Positions 33,093 through 43,424 of a stretch of 64,000 nt of DNA are shown here, piece by piece. The stretch is from contig CAVUDP010000002.1 in NCBI GenBank assembly GCA_963740315.1, positions 576,001 to 640,000 of the forward strand. Reading direction: 5' to 3'. Source of the DNA: an uncultured cyanobacterium (lineage in GTDB: Bacteria > Cyanobacteriota > Cyanobacteriia > Cyanobacteriales > Nostocaceae). The notes beneath the pieces were generated by a model. That model was not told where the DNA came from and ran no database searches. It saw only the letters and a program-made list of their open reading frames with translations. The translations under genes were made by a program, and so were the position numbers. How positions within the stretch are numbered: position 1 is the first letter of the stretch; each line of letters opens with the position of its first letter.

Positions 33093-33503
33093 TTGACTTA
33101 TTTATTAGATACGAATATTATCAGTTACATTTTAAAAAGACAAAATCTAGCAGTAAATCGGAGATTAGAAGAAGTTCGTCGTTTAGGAGAAGAAGTATTT
33201 GTAAGCTGTATAACTTATTACGAGATCAAAAGAGGACTTTTAGCTTTAAATGCTACAAGACAGTTAGCTGATTTTAATTCTTTGTTCCAAATATATCCGA
33301 TTTTATATCTAGATAATATAGAAATTATAGAATCAGGTTGTAGAATTCATGCCGATTTGAAGAACAAAGGTACACCAATTCAAGATGCAGATGTTTTAAT
33401 TGCGGCAACTGCTATTACACGCGGGTTGATTTTGGTTTCTAATGATTCGGATATGGTTCGAGTTGAGGGGATTGATTTAGAGAATTGGGTGGATGAAAGT
33501 TGA
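33093..33503 (+). CDS. vapC: PIN-domain VapC-like toxin
   Basis: YLLDTNIIS, ITYYEIKRG, DADVLIAATA, LVSND, LENW. Confidence 0.9.
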   Translation: MTYLLDTNIISYILKRQNLAVNRRLEEVRRLGEEVFVSCITYYEIKRGLLALNATRQLADFNSLFQIYPILYLDNIEIIESGCRIHADLKNKGTPIQDADVLIAATAITRGLILVSNDSDMVRVEGIDLENWVDES

Positions 33504-33564
33504 GATTTGAGAATACAAATAATTAGAATACGCTTTATTTTAAAAATCTATAAGATGTGATTTT

Positions 33565-34590
33565 ATGGATATAAAAGAATTAAAAGAAAGATATCTTGCA
33601 GGAGAAAGAGATTTTTCGGGTCTAGACTTGAGTAATATAGATTCTAGTGAATTATCTATGGGATCTATAAGTTTAAACGGTGCGGATTTTAGTAATACTA
33701 ATTTACGCGGCGTAAACTTTGATTATGTCTATCTACGTCATACTAATTTCAGTGATGCTAATTTAGCGAATGCTTCTTTTATATATGCTAATCTTTCTCA
33801 AGCTAATTTTAGTAATGCTAATTTAGAAAACGCAAAATTTCATGATGCTGTTTTAAAAGAAGCTAATTTCAGCAATGCTAATTTAACAGATGCTAAATTA
33901 CTGCACGCTAACTTATATAAAGCCAATTTAAATAATGCGATTAACGCTGTAACTGTATCCAATTTCCATCAAGATTCCGAAGCTAATTTAGATTTAGAAA
34001 TTGTATCCTCTATAAAAGAATCTTCTCACGGTCTTAGCTTTATTAGTGAGGGAGATTATGGATATGAAGTGTTTTTATGGGACGTTAACAAGCGAGGGGA
34101 ATTTACTGTTAATAAACTAATACAAATTATTGGTCATCCCAATTATTCATATCCAAATCATAGATGGGGTAATATTGAAGAAGTTCCAGATAAGGAAGAT
34201 TTAAAAATTGCCTTTGCTCGCGAACATGAGCCACAACCTGAAGAACCTCTTATTATTGATGGTATTGAATATGAAATAATAGAAAATCCTCCTAACCCAT
34301 ATTCTAAGCCAGATTTAGATTATTCAGATGAATATGTAGTTGAATGCGAAATATATTCTAAGTACAGGTTATTCGACCATTTTTTCGGATTTGTTTACGG
34401 TGATGGTGGCATTTGGCTAGATCAAAAAGACATTTTAGAAAGGTTTCTGAAATTTGCTCGTATTGTCACAGATAACTTGAGTGATATCACAATTTTTAGA
34501 TTGGGAGAAACACAGGTTCATGTGTATTTAGTTGGTCAAACAAAGAATGGTAATTGGATTGTGATTCATACCATCTCTATAGAAACGTAA
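33565..34590 (+). CDS. Pentapeptide-repeat protein fused to a nuclease A inhibitor (NuiA)-like domain
   Basis: GERDFSG + A(N/D)(F/L)S repeats; C-terminal GLSFISEGDYGYEVFLW...NLSDITIFRLGETQVHVYLVGQTKNGNW...IET resembles NuiA. Confidence 0.75.
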   Translation: MDIKELKERYLAGERDFSGLDLSNIDSSELSMGSISLNGADFSNTNLRGVNFDYVYLRHTNFSDANLANASFIYANLSQANFSNANLENAKFHDAVLKEANFSNANLTDAKLLHANLYKANLNNAINAVTVSNFHQDSEANLDLEIVSSIKESSHGLSFISEGDYGYEVFLWDVNKRGEFTVNKLIQIIGHPNYSYPNHRWGNIEEVPDKEDLKIAFAREHEPQPEEPLIIDGIEYEIIENPPNPYSKPDLDYSDEYVVECEIYSKYRLFDHFFGFVYGDGGIWLDQKDILERFLKFARIVTDNLSDITIFRLGETQVHVYLVGQTKNGNWIVIHTISIET

Positions 34591-34814
34591 AACCCTTGAT
34601 ATTTTTTATATTCTGTTACCGTTTCTATGTAAAATGTGTCTAATTTCGGTATTTGTAATGCCTGAACTGACTACCGATCGCATTTCACCCTTCTCGGAGT
34701 GTAAGATAAATACCCGGACTTCATGCCATCAAACCAATAACATATACTTAAAAAGATAAGAGCAAAAAGTTAGAAATCTTAACTCATCACTCCAAACACC
34801 TAACTTTTTAAAAA

Positions 34815-34888
34815 TGAGCGAGGAGGGATTTGAACCCCCGACACCGTGGTCCGTAGCCACGTGCTCTAGTCCACTGAGCTACACGCCC
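34815..34888 (-). tRNA. trnR: tRNA-Arg(ACG), CCA not encoded
   Basis: Reverse complement GGGCGTGTAGCTCAGTGGACTAGAGCACGTGGCTACGGACCACGGTGTCGGGGGTTCAAATCCCTCCTCGCTCA folds as a cloverleaf with anticodon ACG. Confidence 0.96.
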
Positions 34889-34922
34889 TTATAACTCAAT
34901 TATATTAACATATGTCAGTCGT

Positions 34923-35477
34923 ATGACACAAGACAATTTTCAAAATTCCCTGAATCCTTTACTTCAAAATGGTTTAACTCATTTAGATAATCGTGGAGAA
35001 GCCCAGATGGTAGATGTATCTGCCAAAGCATCCACCGTTAGACAAGCTGTAGCTGCGGGTAAAGTGCGGATGAAACAAGAAACTTTTGCTGCAATTCAAT
35101 CGGGAAATGCTCCAAAGGGCGATGTCTTGGCAACGGCGAGGCTAGCCGGAATTATGGCTGCTAAACAAACAGCGAATTTAATTCCTTTATGTCATCCTTT
35201 ACCTTTACAAAAAATTGAAGTGCAAATAACGCCTTTACCTCAACTACCGGGTTATTCCATTCAAGCAACAGTTAAAACCAAAGCTGAAACCGGCGTGGAA
35301 ATGGAAGCTTTAACGGCAGTTTCTGTTGCTGCATTAACTTTATACGATATGGCGAAAGCTTTGGAAAAATCGATTCAAATTGAATCAATACATTTAGTTA
35401 GTAAAAGTGGTGGGAAGTCGGGAGATTATTCGGTGGGAGTAGGGAGTAGGGAATGGGGAACGGGGAACGGGGAATAA
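34923..35477 (+). CDS. moaC: Cyclic pyranopterin monophosphate synthase
   Basis: [47 protein letters not shown]. Confidence 0.96.
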   Translation: MTQDNFQNSLNPLLQNGLTHLDNRGEAQMVDVSAKASTVRQAVAAGKVRMKQETFAAIQSGNAPKGDVLATARLAGIMAAKQTANLIPLCHPLPLQKIEVQITPLPQLPGYSIQATVKTKAETGVEMEALTAVSVAALTLYDMAKALEKSIQIESIHLVSKSGGKSGDYSVGVGSREWGTGNGE

Positions 35478-35502
35478 AAAGAATATTAATTTTTTAGTTC
35501 TT

Positions 35503-35691
35503 TTAAATTCACATCTTGCATCATTCTCAAAACCGCTGGAGGTTGCAAACCCCCAGCTAATAGCAAAAGTCGTCTAAAGACGACTAAGTAAGATTTTTAG
35601 TCAACTAGTAGACTTTCGCTAATTGGTTCCTCGGAATTGATTCCGAGGTGGTTTTAAGGCTTAATGAAAACGTTGCAAGATGTGAATTTAA
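35503..35691. mobile_element. MITE with 18-bp perfect terminal inverted repeats, carrying internal REP-like hairpins
   Basis: TTAAATTCACATCTTGCA (35503-35520) / TGCAAGATGTGAATTTAA (35674-35691); the internal GCTAATAGCAAAAGTCGTCTAAAGACGACT resembles 45031-45062. Confidence 0.8.
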
Positions 35692-35886
35692 GACGACTTA
35701 TGCTATGAGCGTCATTATTCGCTTCGCGAAGTAATCGCAAAGCCTTATTTCTCGTTACGAGTGCGTAAGTCCTACTAACTAACCCTATTACATATTGATT
35801 AAAGCAAATGCTTACTCCATCGGAAAGAGAACAATTTTTGCTACCTGTTTTACAATAATTAGAATATGCTTAACAAATCTTAAAAA

Positions 35887-36822
35887 ATGCAGGCAGCTAC
35901 AATTCCTTCTACAACTCCGATTCCCGGTAAATATTGGCAATGGCGCGGACATCATGTTTACTATGTCAAAGCGGGAGAGAAGCATTCTCAACGTCCGCCT
36001 TTATTATTAGTGCATGGTTTCGGTGCTTCCACAGACCACTGGCGCAAGAATATCGCCGAACTCCAGAACGATTTTGAAGTATACGCGATCGACTTATTAG
36101 GATTTGGGCGATCGCAAAAGCCGAAGTTACAGTATGGTGGGAATTTATGGCGCGATCAGTTACACGATTTTATTACTGAAGTAATTGGCGAAAAAGCCGT
36201 ATTAGCGGGTAACTCCCTCGGTGGTTATGCTTGTTTATGTGTAGCAGCCCAACGTCCGGATTCAGTTGCGGGTTTGGTATTACTTAATAGTGCAGGCCCC
36301 TTTAGTAAAGACGAGCCTACAGCAGAACCGGAAGCACTGCAAACAGAAATCGAACCTCCGTTAAATGAAAAATTGCAAAAATTATTCGGCGATATTGCCA
36401 AATTGATTTTTAAACAACCCTTGGCTCAATTTATTTTATTTCAATACATCCGCCAACCTTGGGTAATTCGTCAAACTCTAGAAAAAGTCTATTTAGATAA
36501 AAGTGCAATTACCGACCAGTTAATAGAAGAAATCCGTCGCCCTTCCGGTGATGACGGTGCTTTTGATGTCTTTTGTTCGGTTTTTAGTACTCCCCAAGGA
36601 GAGAAAGTAGACGTGCTTTTGCAACAGTTAACTTGTCCGTTGTTATTGTTATGGGGAGAAGCCAATCCTTGGATGAATGCAAGAGAACGTTCTCAAAAGT
36701 ATCGCCAATATTATCCGCAATTAACAGAATACTATCTCAGAGCGGGTCATTGTCCCCATGATGAAGTACCGAATCAATTAAATCCATTGTTAAGAGATTG
36801 GGTTTTTTCTATTGTCGAGTAG
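35887..36822 (+). CDS. Alpha/beta fold hydrolase
   Basis: LLVHGFGAS, IDLLGFGRS, GNSLG nucleophile elbow, AGHCPHDE. Confidence 0.92.
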   Translation: MQAATIPSTTPIPGKYWQWRGHHVYYVKAGEKHSQRPPLLLVHGFGASTDHWRKNIAELQNDFEVYAIDLLGFGRSQKPKLQYGGNLWRDQLHDFITEVIGEKAVLAGNSLGGYACLCVAAQRPDSVAGLVLLNSAGPFSKDEPTAEPEALQTEIEPPLNEKLQKLFGDIAKLIFKQPLAQFILFQYIRQPWVIRQTLEKVYLDKSAITDQLIEEIRRPSGDDGAFDVFCSVFSTPQGEKVDVLLQQLTCPLLLLWGEANPWMNARERSQKYRQYYPQLTEYYLRAGHCPHDEVPNQLNPLLRDWVFSIVE

Positions 36823-36823
36823 T

Positions 36824-36986
36824 GAGATGGGGAGAGGGGGAGATGGGGAGAGGGGGAGATGGGGAGATGGGGAGAGGGGGAGAGGGGGAGAGGGGGAGAT
36901 GGGGAGAGGGGGAGATGGGGAGATGGGGAGATGGGGAGATGGGGAGAGGGGGAGATGGGGAGATGGGGAGATGGGGAGATGGGGAG
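36824..36986. repeat. Octamer STRR (GGGGAGAT/GGGGAGAG)n, about 20 units
   Basis: Directly visible; followed by heptamer repeats to 37110. Confidence 0.95.
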
Positions 36987-37117
36987 ACAAGGGGACAAGG
37001 AGTTAGGAGTTAGAAATTCAATATTAATGGTAACTGGTAACTGTTCACTGCTCACTGTTCACTCCTAACTCTTAACTTCCAATCCAAAATCTAAAATCTA
37101 AAATCTAAAATTATTTC

Positions 37118-37987
37118 ATGGGTTATAAACAAAGTATTGTCCGTGGAGCGATTTTTATTATTGCTGCGGAGTTGATGTTAACTATGAATGGAGTAATTAT
37201 TAAGTTAGCATCAGATGGTTTACCAAATGAAATGATTGTGTTTTTTAGAAATGCGTTTGGTTTATTAAGTTTGATGCCGATATTTGCTCGCGAAGGTACG
37301 GCAATCGTACATACTAAAAAGCTGCATTTGCATTTAGTGCGGGGATTGTGCGGTGTAACGGCTATGTATTGTTTGTTTTACGTGATGGCAAACATTCAAT
37401 TGGCGGATGCAATGCTACTTAAAGCGACTATTCCCATATTTATTCCTTTGGTTGCTTTTAGCTGGTTGAAAGAAAAAATTTCGGTTGCGGCTCGTGTGGC
37501 GATCGCGGTGGGTTTTTGCGGTGTGTTTTTAATTTTAAAACCCGGTAGTGATTTTAATTGGATAATGTTAATTGGTTTAATTAGCAGTGCTTTTGCTTCA
37601 GTTTCGATGGTAACTATCCGTAAGTTATCGGCAACGGAACCTGCTGTACGCACGGTTTTGTATTTTGCGATTATTGCTAGCTTGGTATCGGTTATACCTT
37701 TAAGTTGGGCTTGGAAAACTCCTACTCCTAATGAATGGTTATTGCTAATGGGAGTTGGTATCTGTAGTACTGTGGTTCAGTTGTTAACAACTCGCGGTTA
37801 TGCATCGGCACCTGCTTCTCAAGTGGGAATTTTTTCTTATTCTTCAGTGATATTTGGTGCTTTAATTGGCTGGTTGTTTTGGAATGAATTATGGGATATT
37901 AATTCATTTATAGGGGGTTTATTTATTATTGCTGCTGGTTTCCTAACGCTTCGCGATCGCAATAATAGGATACCGGAAAAAGGTTAA
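37118..37987 (+). CDS. DMT/EamA family transporter
   Basis: ~10 TM segments in two EamA repeats; IVFFRN, LKEKIS, APAS. Confidence 0.9.
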   Translation: MGYKQSIVRGAIFIIAAELMLTMNGVIIKLASDGLPNEMIVFFRNAFGLLSLMPIFAREGTAIVHTKKLHLHLVRGLCGVTAMYCLFYVMANIQLADAMLLKATIPIFIPLVAFSWLKEKISVAARVAIAVGFCGVFLILKPGSDFNWIMLIGLISSAFASVSMVTIRKLSATEPAVRTVLYFAIIASLVSVIPLSWAWKTPTPNEWLLLMGVGICSTVVQLLTTRGYASAPASQVGIFSYSSVIFGALIGWLFWNELWDINSFIGGLFIIAAGFLTLRDRNNRIPEKG

Positions 37988-38095
37988 AGGTTAAAGGTCA
38001 AAGGTTAAAGGTTAAAGGTTAAATAATTTCATTCCTAACTCCTAATTCCTAACTCATAATTCCTAATTCCTAACTGCTAATTCCTAACTCCCTAA
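37980..38095. repeat. Heptamer STRRs (AAAGGTT)n and (AATTCCT/AACTCCT)n
   Basis: Directly visible between convergent genes. Confidence 0.88.
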
Positions 38096-38099
38096 TTAA

Positions 38100-38130
38100 C
38101 AAGACGGTTGCCGATAATTAAACCGTCTTG
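38100..38130. terminator. Stem-loop between the convergent DMT and relA genes
   Basis: CAAGACGGTT / AACCGTCTTG 10-bp inverted repeat. Confidence 0.55.
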
Positions 38131-38162
38131 CTAACAATTTTTTCCTTATGGAGATAATAACG

Positions 38163-40430
38163 TTAATCTTCAATCTGTCCCTGACGGCGGATATTAAGAA
38201 TATCGCTCATTTTTTTGATTTGATGAAATACTTGTTCTAATTGTTGTTTATCAGAGACTTCTATTCCCAAATCTATTAACGCTGGTTGATTGATGGCGGT
38301 TTTTACATTTGCATGAGACACGTTGATTTTTTGGTCGCTTAAGCGAGATAAAATATCTTTGAAAACTCCAACGCGATCTAAAGCTTCAATCTGGACGTTG
38401 ACGCTATAACTTTGGGGACGACGCTTACTTACTTCGGTATTATTCCAGCTAACAGGTACTAAACGTTCGCAACCCGCGTGATGTAAGTTATGACATCCTT
38501 GTCGGTGAATGGAAATTCCCCTACCCCGCGTAACTATACCAATAATGGGTTCTCCTGGAATGGGATTACAGCAACCCGCGACATAATACATTAACCCTTC
38601 TACACCAACGATCGGTGAATCGCTGGTGCGAGTAGTAGTATTTATATCCCGTAATGCTTTTGATGCGGTGGTGGGTAAATTGGAAAGAATTTCATCTAAA
38701 TCTGTGACTAAAGGTTGCTGTTCTTTGATTACTTCTCGCCACCGATTTAACACTAAGTTTAAAGTGATTTCACCGTAACCTAAAGCAGCAAGTAAATCTT
38801 CAACGCTTTGGTAATTGCATTTTTCTGCTACCATTTGCATTGGTTCGGATTTGAGTAAGCTTTCAAATCCAGATTTACCCAATTCTTTTTCTAATAAATC
38901 CCTACCACGGGCAATATTTTCTTCTCTGCGCGATCGCTTGTACCACTGCTTGATCCGATTTTTAGCAGCTGAAGTTGCCGAAAAGTTAAGCCAGTCTAGA
39001 CTAGGATGACTGTTTTTCTGAGTCACAATTTCAACAATATCACCATTGTCTAACTTTGTAGAAAGCGGTACCATTCGTCCGTTAACTTTGGCTCCCGCGC
39101 AATGGTTTCCGACTTCGGTGTGAATGCGATAGGCGAAATCCACGGTGGTAGAATTTGGACTTAATGCAACCAAATCGCCTTTTGGTGTAAAGACATAAAT
39201 ATCGTCTTCAAATAGATTATCTTTGATGCTTTCTAAATATTCTTGAGCGTCTTTGAGGTCGTTTTGCCATTCAAGTAGCTGTCGCAACCAGGTAAATTTC
39301 TCATCCGATGTGGTCATATGTGTATTATTAGAACCACCCGTTTCCTTATATATCCAATGGGCTGCGATGCCATACTCGGCAATACGGTGCATTTCTAAGG
39401 TGCGGATTTGTACCTCCATCGGACGACCCCACGGACCGATAACCCCAGTATGCAATGATTGGTAACGGTTGGGTTTAGGTAGTCCTATGTAGTCTTTAAA
39501 TCTACCGGGAATCGGACGAAAAGAATCGTGAACTAATGCTAAAGCGCGATAGCAATCTTCGTTGGATCTGACAATAATTCGCAGCGCGGCTAAATCGTAA
39601 ATTTCGTGAAATTCTTTGTGTTGCCGCTGCATCTTCTGATAAATACTATAAAGATGCTTGGGACGACCGGATAATTCCACACACTCAATTCCCGTTTCTT
39701 TTAAACGAGAACGTAAAGTTTGAGTGACGTTGGCTATTCTTTCTTCTCTCGCCGTGCGTTTGTCGGTAACTAACTGCTGTATTTGACGATAAGAATCGGT
39801 TTCGAGATACTTAAACGCTAAATCTTCCAATTCCCATTTAACGTGCCAAATACCCAAACGATTAGCTAGGGGAGCAAAGATTTCCCTAGTCTCTAATGCT
39901 TTGCTGCGACGTTTATGTTCTGGCATCGCTTCCAAAGTCCGCATATTGTGCAAGCGGTCTGCCAATTTTACAACGATAACGCGAATATCTTGCGCCATCG
40001 CTAAAAACATTCGTCGAAAGTTCTCTGCTTGACTTTCTGTTTTGCTTTTAAAATTAATTTTAGAAAGCTTTGTTACCCCTTCAACTAAGCGTGCTACTTC
40101 CTCTCCAAATCTTTCTTGAATTTCTTCAATTGTAACTTCTGTATCCTCAACTACATCATGTAGAAATCCAGCTGCTATCATGATAGGGCTGCCTCCTAAA
40201 TCCCTAAGCAATCCGGCAACAGCAACGGGATGACAAATGTATGGTTCTCCAGATTTACGCATCTGTCCTTCATGGAGGTTGTAAGCAAATTTAAAGGCGC
40301 GACTAATTAAATCTTTATCGGCAGAATTGGGGTCATTTTCTACATTATTAATCGATGCTGAATGCAAACAGTCTTCCAACCATTCGGGAAGAGTAATATT
40401 TATCTTGGAATCTACAAGTGTAGTCTTCAT
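38163..40430 (-). CDS. relA: Bifunctional (p)ppGpp synthetase/hydrolase (long RSH; HD, SYNTH, TGS, ACT)
   Basis: RKSGEPYICHP, LHDVVEDT, KLADRLHNMRT, GRPKHLYSIY, YQSLHT, EVQIRT, VFTPKG; start probably ATG 40430 (ORF open to 40586). Confidence 0.96.
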   Translation of the reverse strand: MKTTLVDSKINITLPEWLEDCLHSASINNVENDPNSADKDLISRAFKFAYNLHEGQMRKSGEPYICHPVAVAGLLRDLGGSPIMIAAGFLHDVVEDTEVTIEEIQERFGEEVARLVEGVTKLSKINFKSKTESQAENFRRMFLAMAQDIRVIVVKLADRLHNMRTLEAMPEHKRRSKALETREIFAPLANRLGIWHVKWELEDLAFKYLETDSYRQIQQLVTDKRTAREERIANVTQTLRSRLKETGIECVELSGRPKHLYSIYQKMQRQHKEFHEIYDLAALRIIVRSNEDCYRALALVHDSFRPIPGRFKDYIGLPKPNRYQSLHTGVIGPWGRPMEVQIRTLEMHRIAEYGIAAHWIYKETGGSNNTHMTTSDEKFTWLRQLLEWQNDLKDAQEYLESIKDNLFEDDIYVFTPKGDLVALSPNSTTVDFAYRIHTEVGNHCAGAKVNGRMVPLSTKLDNGDIVEIVTQKNSHPSLDWLNFSATSAAKNRIKQWYKRSRREENIARGRDLLEKELGKSGFESLLKSEPMQMVAEKCNYQSVEDLLAALGYGEITLNLVLNRWREVIKEQQPLVTDLDEILSNLPTTASKALRDINTTTRTSDSPIVGVEGLMYYVAGCCNPIPGEPIIGIVTRGRGISIHRQGCHNLHHAGCERLVPVSWNNTEVSKRRPQSYSVNVQIEALDRVGVFKDILSRLSDQKINVSHANVKTAINQPALIDLGIEVSDKQQLEQVFHQIKKMSDILNIRRQGQIED

Positions 40431-40725
40431 ATCTGAGTCAAGAGGTTTAGCTATCGAAGATGAACGCCGCAAACGGCATTGCTGTCTCTGGGATGCTGCT
40501 TTCATTGTGAAGGATAGGCTTGCTAATTTGTTAGGATTTGGTTCAATTAGCAATGTTTTTCTTATTAAATAAGTGTTCCGCATCATATTTTGTTCAAAAA
40601 GTGTAATGGCAAATATTGCCTCAATATTTAACTTGAGGCGGAAGTCAGGAAAACTAATTTTTTAAAATTAGATTATTGATGAGATAAAATTCTTGACATT
40701 AATAGTATCTCAATAAAGGTTAGAT

Positions 40726-41085
40726 ATGTCTGTCAATTTAGAAAAATATCGCGCATTTAAAACCAATTTGCGGCAATTGCGTGACGATATCTCTTCTAAG
40801 AAAGCTAATGCTGACCAACTGCGCCAGAGTATGGCATCTTTGCAAAGCTTTTTTGTTGCCGATATCGTACCTTTGACCACTCAATATCCCACAGAGCAGT
40901 CCTATCAAACCGAAATGAGCAAACAATTGCGGCTATTGCAAATAGATATTATGTTTTTTCAAGGAGCGCGACAAGCTTCTACTGCTAAAAGTCGAATAGA
41001 TGCCCTAACCGAACGGTTAACAACCCTAATTGGATACTGCGATGCCATTCTTAAGATGGATAAAGTGGCAGATGACGAACATTAA
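40726..41085 (+). CDS. patD: Heterocyst frequency control protein PatD-like
   Basis: QSYQTEMSKQLRLLQIDIMFFQGARQ...LIGYC; divergent from relA/spoT, the synteny known from Anabaena. Confidence 0.75.
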   Translation: MSVNLEKYRAFKTNLRQLRDDISSKKANADQLRQSMASLQSFFVADIVPLTTQYPTEQSYQTEMSKQLRLLQIDIMFFQGARQASTAKSRIDALTERLTTLIGYCDAILKMDKVADDEH

Positions 41086-41579
41086 TTAAAAAGCAAATAT
41101 CAAACAATTACAAACAAATAAGAGTGTCCTCTTATACCTAAAGTTTTCTTCTAAAAAAGAAAAACCATTGTAACAGTTTGATATTAGTGAAAGATGATTT
41201 CAGCACTCCTACTTGTAGAGTGATGTTTAGCTTTCAAGTAGATATTAACATTTTTCCCCGATATTTTGGGAAATTAGTCGTATTCATATAGAAGCATTTT
41301 CGATCCGTATCTAATAAATTACTTATGAACAAGGTTATTTCTACCGACTTCGGTCAAAAGCGTGAGTAATAAAGTAATTTTCTGCTTTAATTGCTTGCCA
41401 GTATTGTTAAGTAGTCGATTTAAACGGATACGATATTTTTTGCTTGATTTTGATCGAGGCACAAGTGTAATTGATAATACCTGCTGAGGATTTAGAAAAT
41501 TTTGACGGATAAAGTAACAAGCTTTGTAAAGCGAATCTGGTAAAGTATAAAAATTTAATTAAATAACTGATAACTAATT

Positions 41580-43250
41580 ATGAGTAATGCTTTATTGTCG
41601 ATTCAAAATCTGAAAGTAGGGTACGCTACGAGCGGTACGGAAGAAGAATGGGCGGTTGATGATGTCTCTTTTATCTTGCAACCGGGTGAGAGGATGGGAT
41701 TGGTAGGAGAATCCGGTTGTGGTAAATCAACTATGGGGCGGGCGGGAATGCGGTTGTTACCAGAATCTACACGCATTGAAGGTAATGTTTTGTTTCAAGG
41801 ACGACCTGTATTCGATATGACAGCCGAACAACTGCGTAGATTTCGCGGTGAAGCGGTAGCATTAATCTTTCAAGATCCGATGACACGCTTAGATCCATTA
41901 ATGACAATCGGCAATCACTGTCTGGAAACCCTTAAAGCCCATTCACCACAACTATCCAACTCACAAGCAAAAGAAAAAGCGATCGCCACTTTGCAAAAAG
42001 TAAACATTCCCCCCGAAAGATGGAGCCAATATCCCCACGAATTTAGCGGTGGAATGCGTCAAAGAGTTGCGATCGCTTTAGCTTTATTATTAAATCCCAA
42101 ATTAATTATTGCTGACGAACCCACAACCAGTTTAGATGTCACCGTTTCCGCCCAGATTTTGCAAGAATTAACCAGATTGTGCGCCGAAGAAAACATGGGA
42201 TTGCTGCTGATATCCCACGACTTAGCAATGGTTGCCGAATATTGCGATCGCATTGGGGTAATGTACCAAGGAAAGATGGTAGAAACGGGTTTATCCAAGG
42301 AAGTATTCCAAAATCCGCAGCACGAATATACGCGATCGCTTTTAAAAGCAGCATTGCACATACAGACATTTTCCGATCCGGAGAACGCAGATACAGTAGA
42401 AGAATTCCCAACCAGTCTCAAGGAAAAATCATCTAACGTCGTGCCGTTGCTAGCAATCAAAGAATTAAAGCAGCATTATACCATCGAGCCTAACTTTATC
42501 GAAAGAATATTTAAAGGACAAGGACAAACTATCAAGGCAGTAGACGGGATCGACTTAGAACTATATTCTGGAGAAATTCTGGGATTAGTTGGCGAATCTG
42601 GTTGTGGAAAAAGTACCTTATCGCGGACAATATTACAATTAATTCGTCCCACTGGCGGGAAAGTTGAATTTTTAGGTAAAGAATTAACCAGTTTGTCGCG
42701 TCAACAAGTACGTTCCGAAAGACGACAAATGCAGATGATATTTCAAGACCCCCACGCTTGTTTAAATCCTACAATGACAGTGGGACAAAACATAGCCGAT
42801 CCGTTAATTATTCATCATATAGCCGATGGCGGAGCAGCAAAAGAGCAAGTAATATGGATGCTCGATAAAGTTGGGTTAAACCCATCAGAAATGTACTATC
42901 AACGTTATCCCTCCGACTTATCCGGCGGGCAACAACAAAGAGTGGCGATCGCACGGGCTTTAATAACCCGTCCAAAATTAGTAATTTGCGACGAGCCTGT
43001 AAGTATGTTAGATGCCAGCGTACAGTCGCAAGTTTTAGATTTGATGTTGGAATTAAAAGCAGAATTCGATTTAACTTACTTATTCATCACCCACGACTTA
43101 TGGTTAGCTAGATTTTTGTGCGACAGAATCGCCGTCATGAACGGTGGTAAAATCGTCGAACTCGGAGCAACACAAGAAATTTTCGGCAATCCCCAGCATC
43201 CTTATACTAAAACTTTGCTCGCCGCCGCACCTTTGTTAGCAAGAGCGTAG
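41580..43250 (+). CDS. Peptide/nickel-type ABC transporter ATP-binding protein (two fused NBDs)
   Basis: Two GESGCGKS Walker A motifs; FSGGMRQR and LSGGQQQR; HPYTK. Confidence 0.93.
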   Translation: MSNALLSIQNLKVGYATSGTEEEWAVDDVSFILQPGERMGLVGESGCGKSTMGRAGMRLLPESTRIEGNVLFQGRPVFDMTAEQLRRFRGEAVALIFQDPMTRLDPLMTIGNHCLETLKAHSPQLSNSQAKEKAIATLQKVNIPPERWSQYPHEFSGGMRQRVAIALALLLNPKLIIADEPTTSLDVTVSAQILQELTRLCAEENMGLLLISHDLAMVAEYCDRIGVMYQGKMVETGLSKEVFQNPQHEYTRSLLKAALHIQTFSDPENADTVEEFPTSLKEKSSNVVPLLAIKELKQHYTIEPNFIERIFKGQGQTIKAVDGIDLELYSGEILGLVGESGCGKSTLSRTILQLIRPTGGKVEFLGKELTSLSRQQVRSERRQMQMIFQDPHACLNPTMTVGQNIADPLIIHHIADGGAAKEQVIWMLDKVGLNPSEMYYQRYPSDLSGGQQQRVAIARALITRPKLVICDEPVSMLDASVQSQVLDLMLELKAEFDLTYLFITHDLWLARFLCDRIAVMNGGKIVELGATQEIFGNPQHPYTKTLLAAAPLLARA

Positions 43251-43424
43251 AAAAAGGACAAGGGGATGGGGGGATGGGGGGATGGGGAGAAAAATTTCAA
43301 AATTAAGAGTTACACAGCCATTTGTAGTGGGAGCATCTTGCTCCCTGGCTGTTTCATAAACAATTACCGATTACCAATTACCAATTACCAATCCCCAATG
43401 CTCAATTCCCCATGCCCATTTCCC

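Noticed and set aside
32446..34888. Integrative element at tRNA-Arg with attL/attR
   Set aside because: No duplicated tRNA 3' end and no integrase found
36774..37068. Several overlapping ORFs (SPHLPI/GRWGDGEM repeats), likewise 16384-16766
   Set aside because: They are translations of octamer STRR arrays that lack stop codons
40431..40586. N-terminal 52-aa extension of RelA/SpoT (also the upstream extensions of the dynamin and FabF ORFs)
   Set aside because: No family-like sequence; the downstream ATGs fit the expected protein starts better
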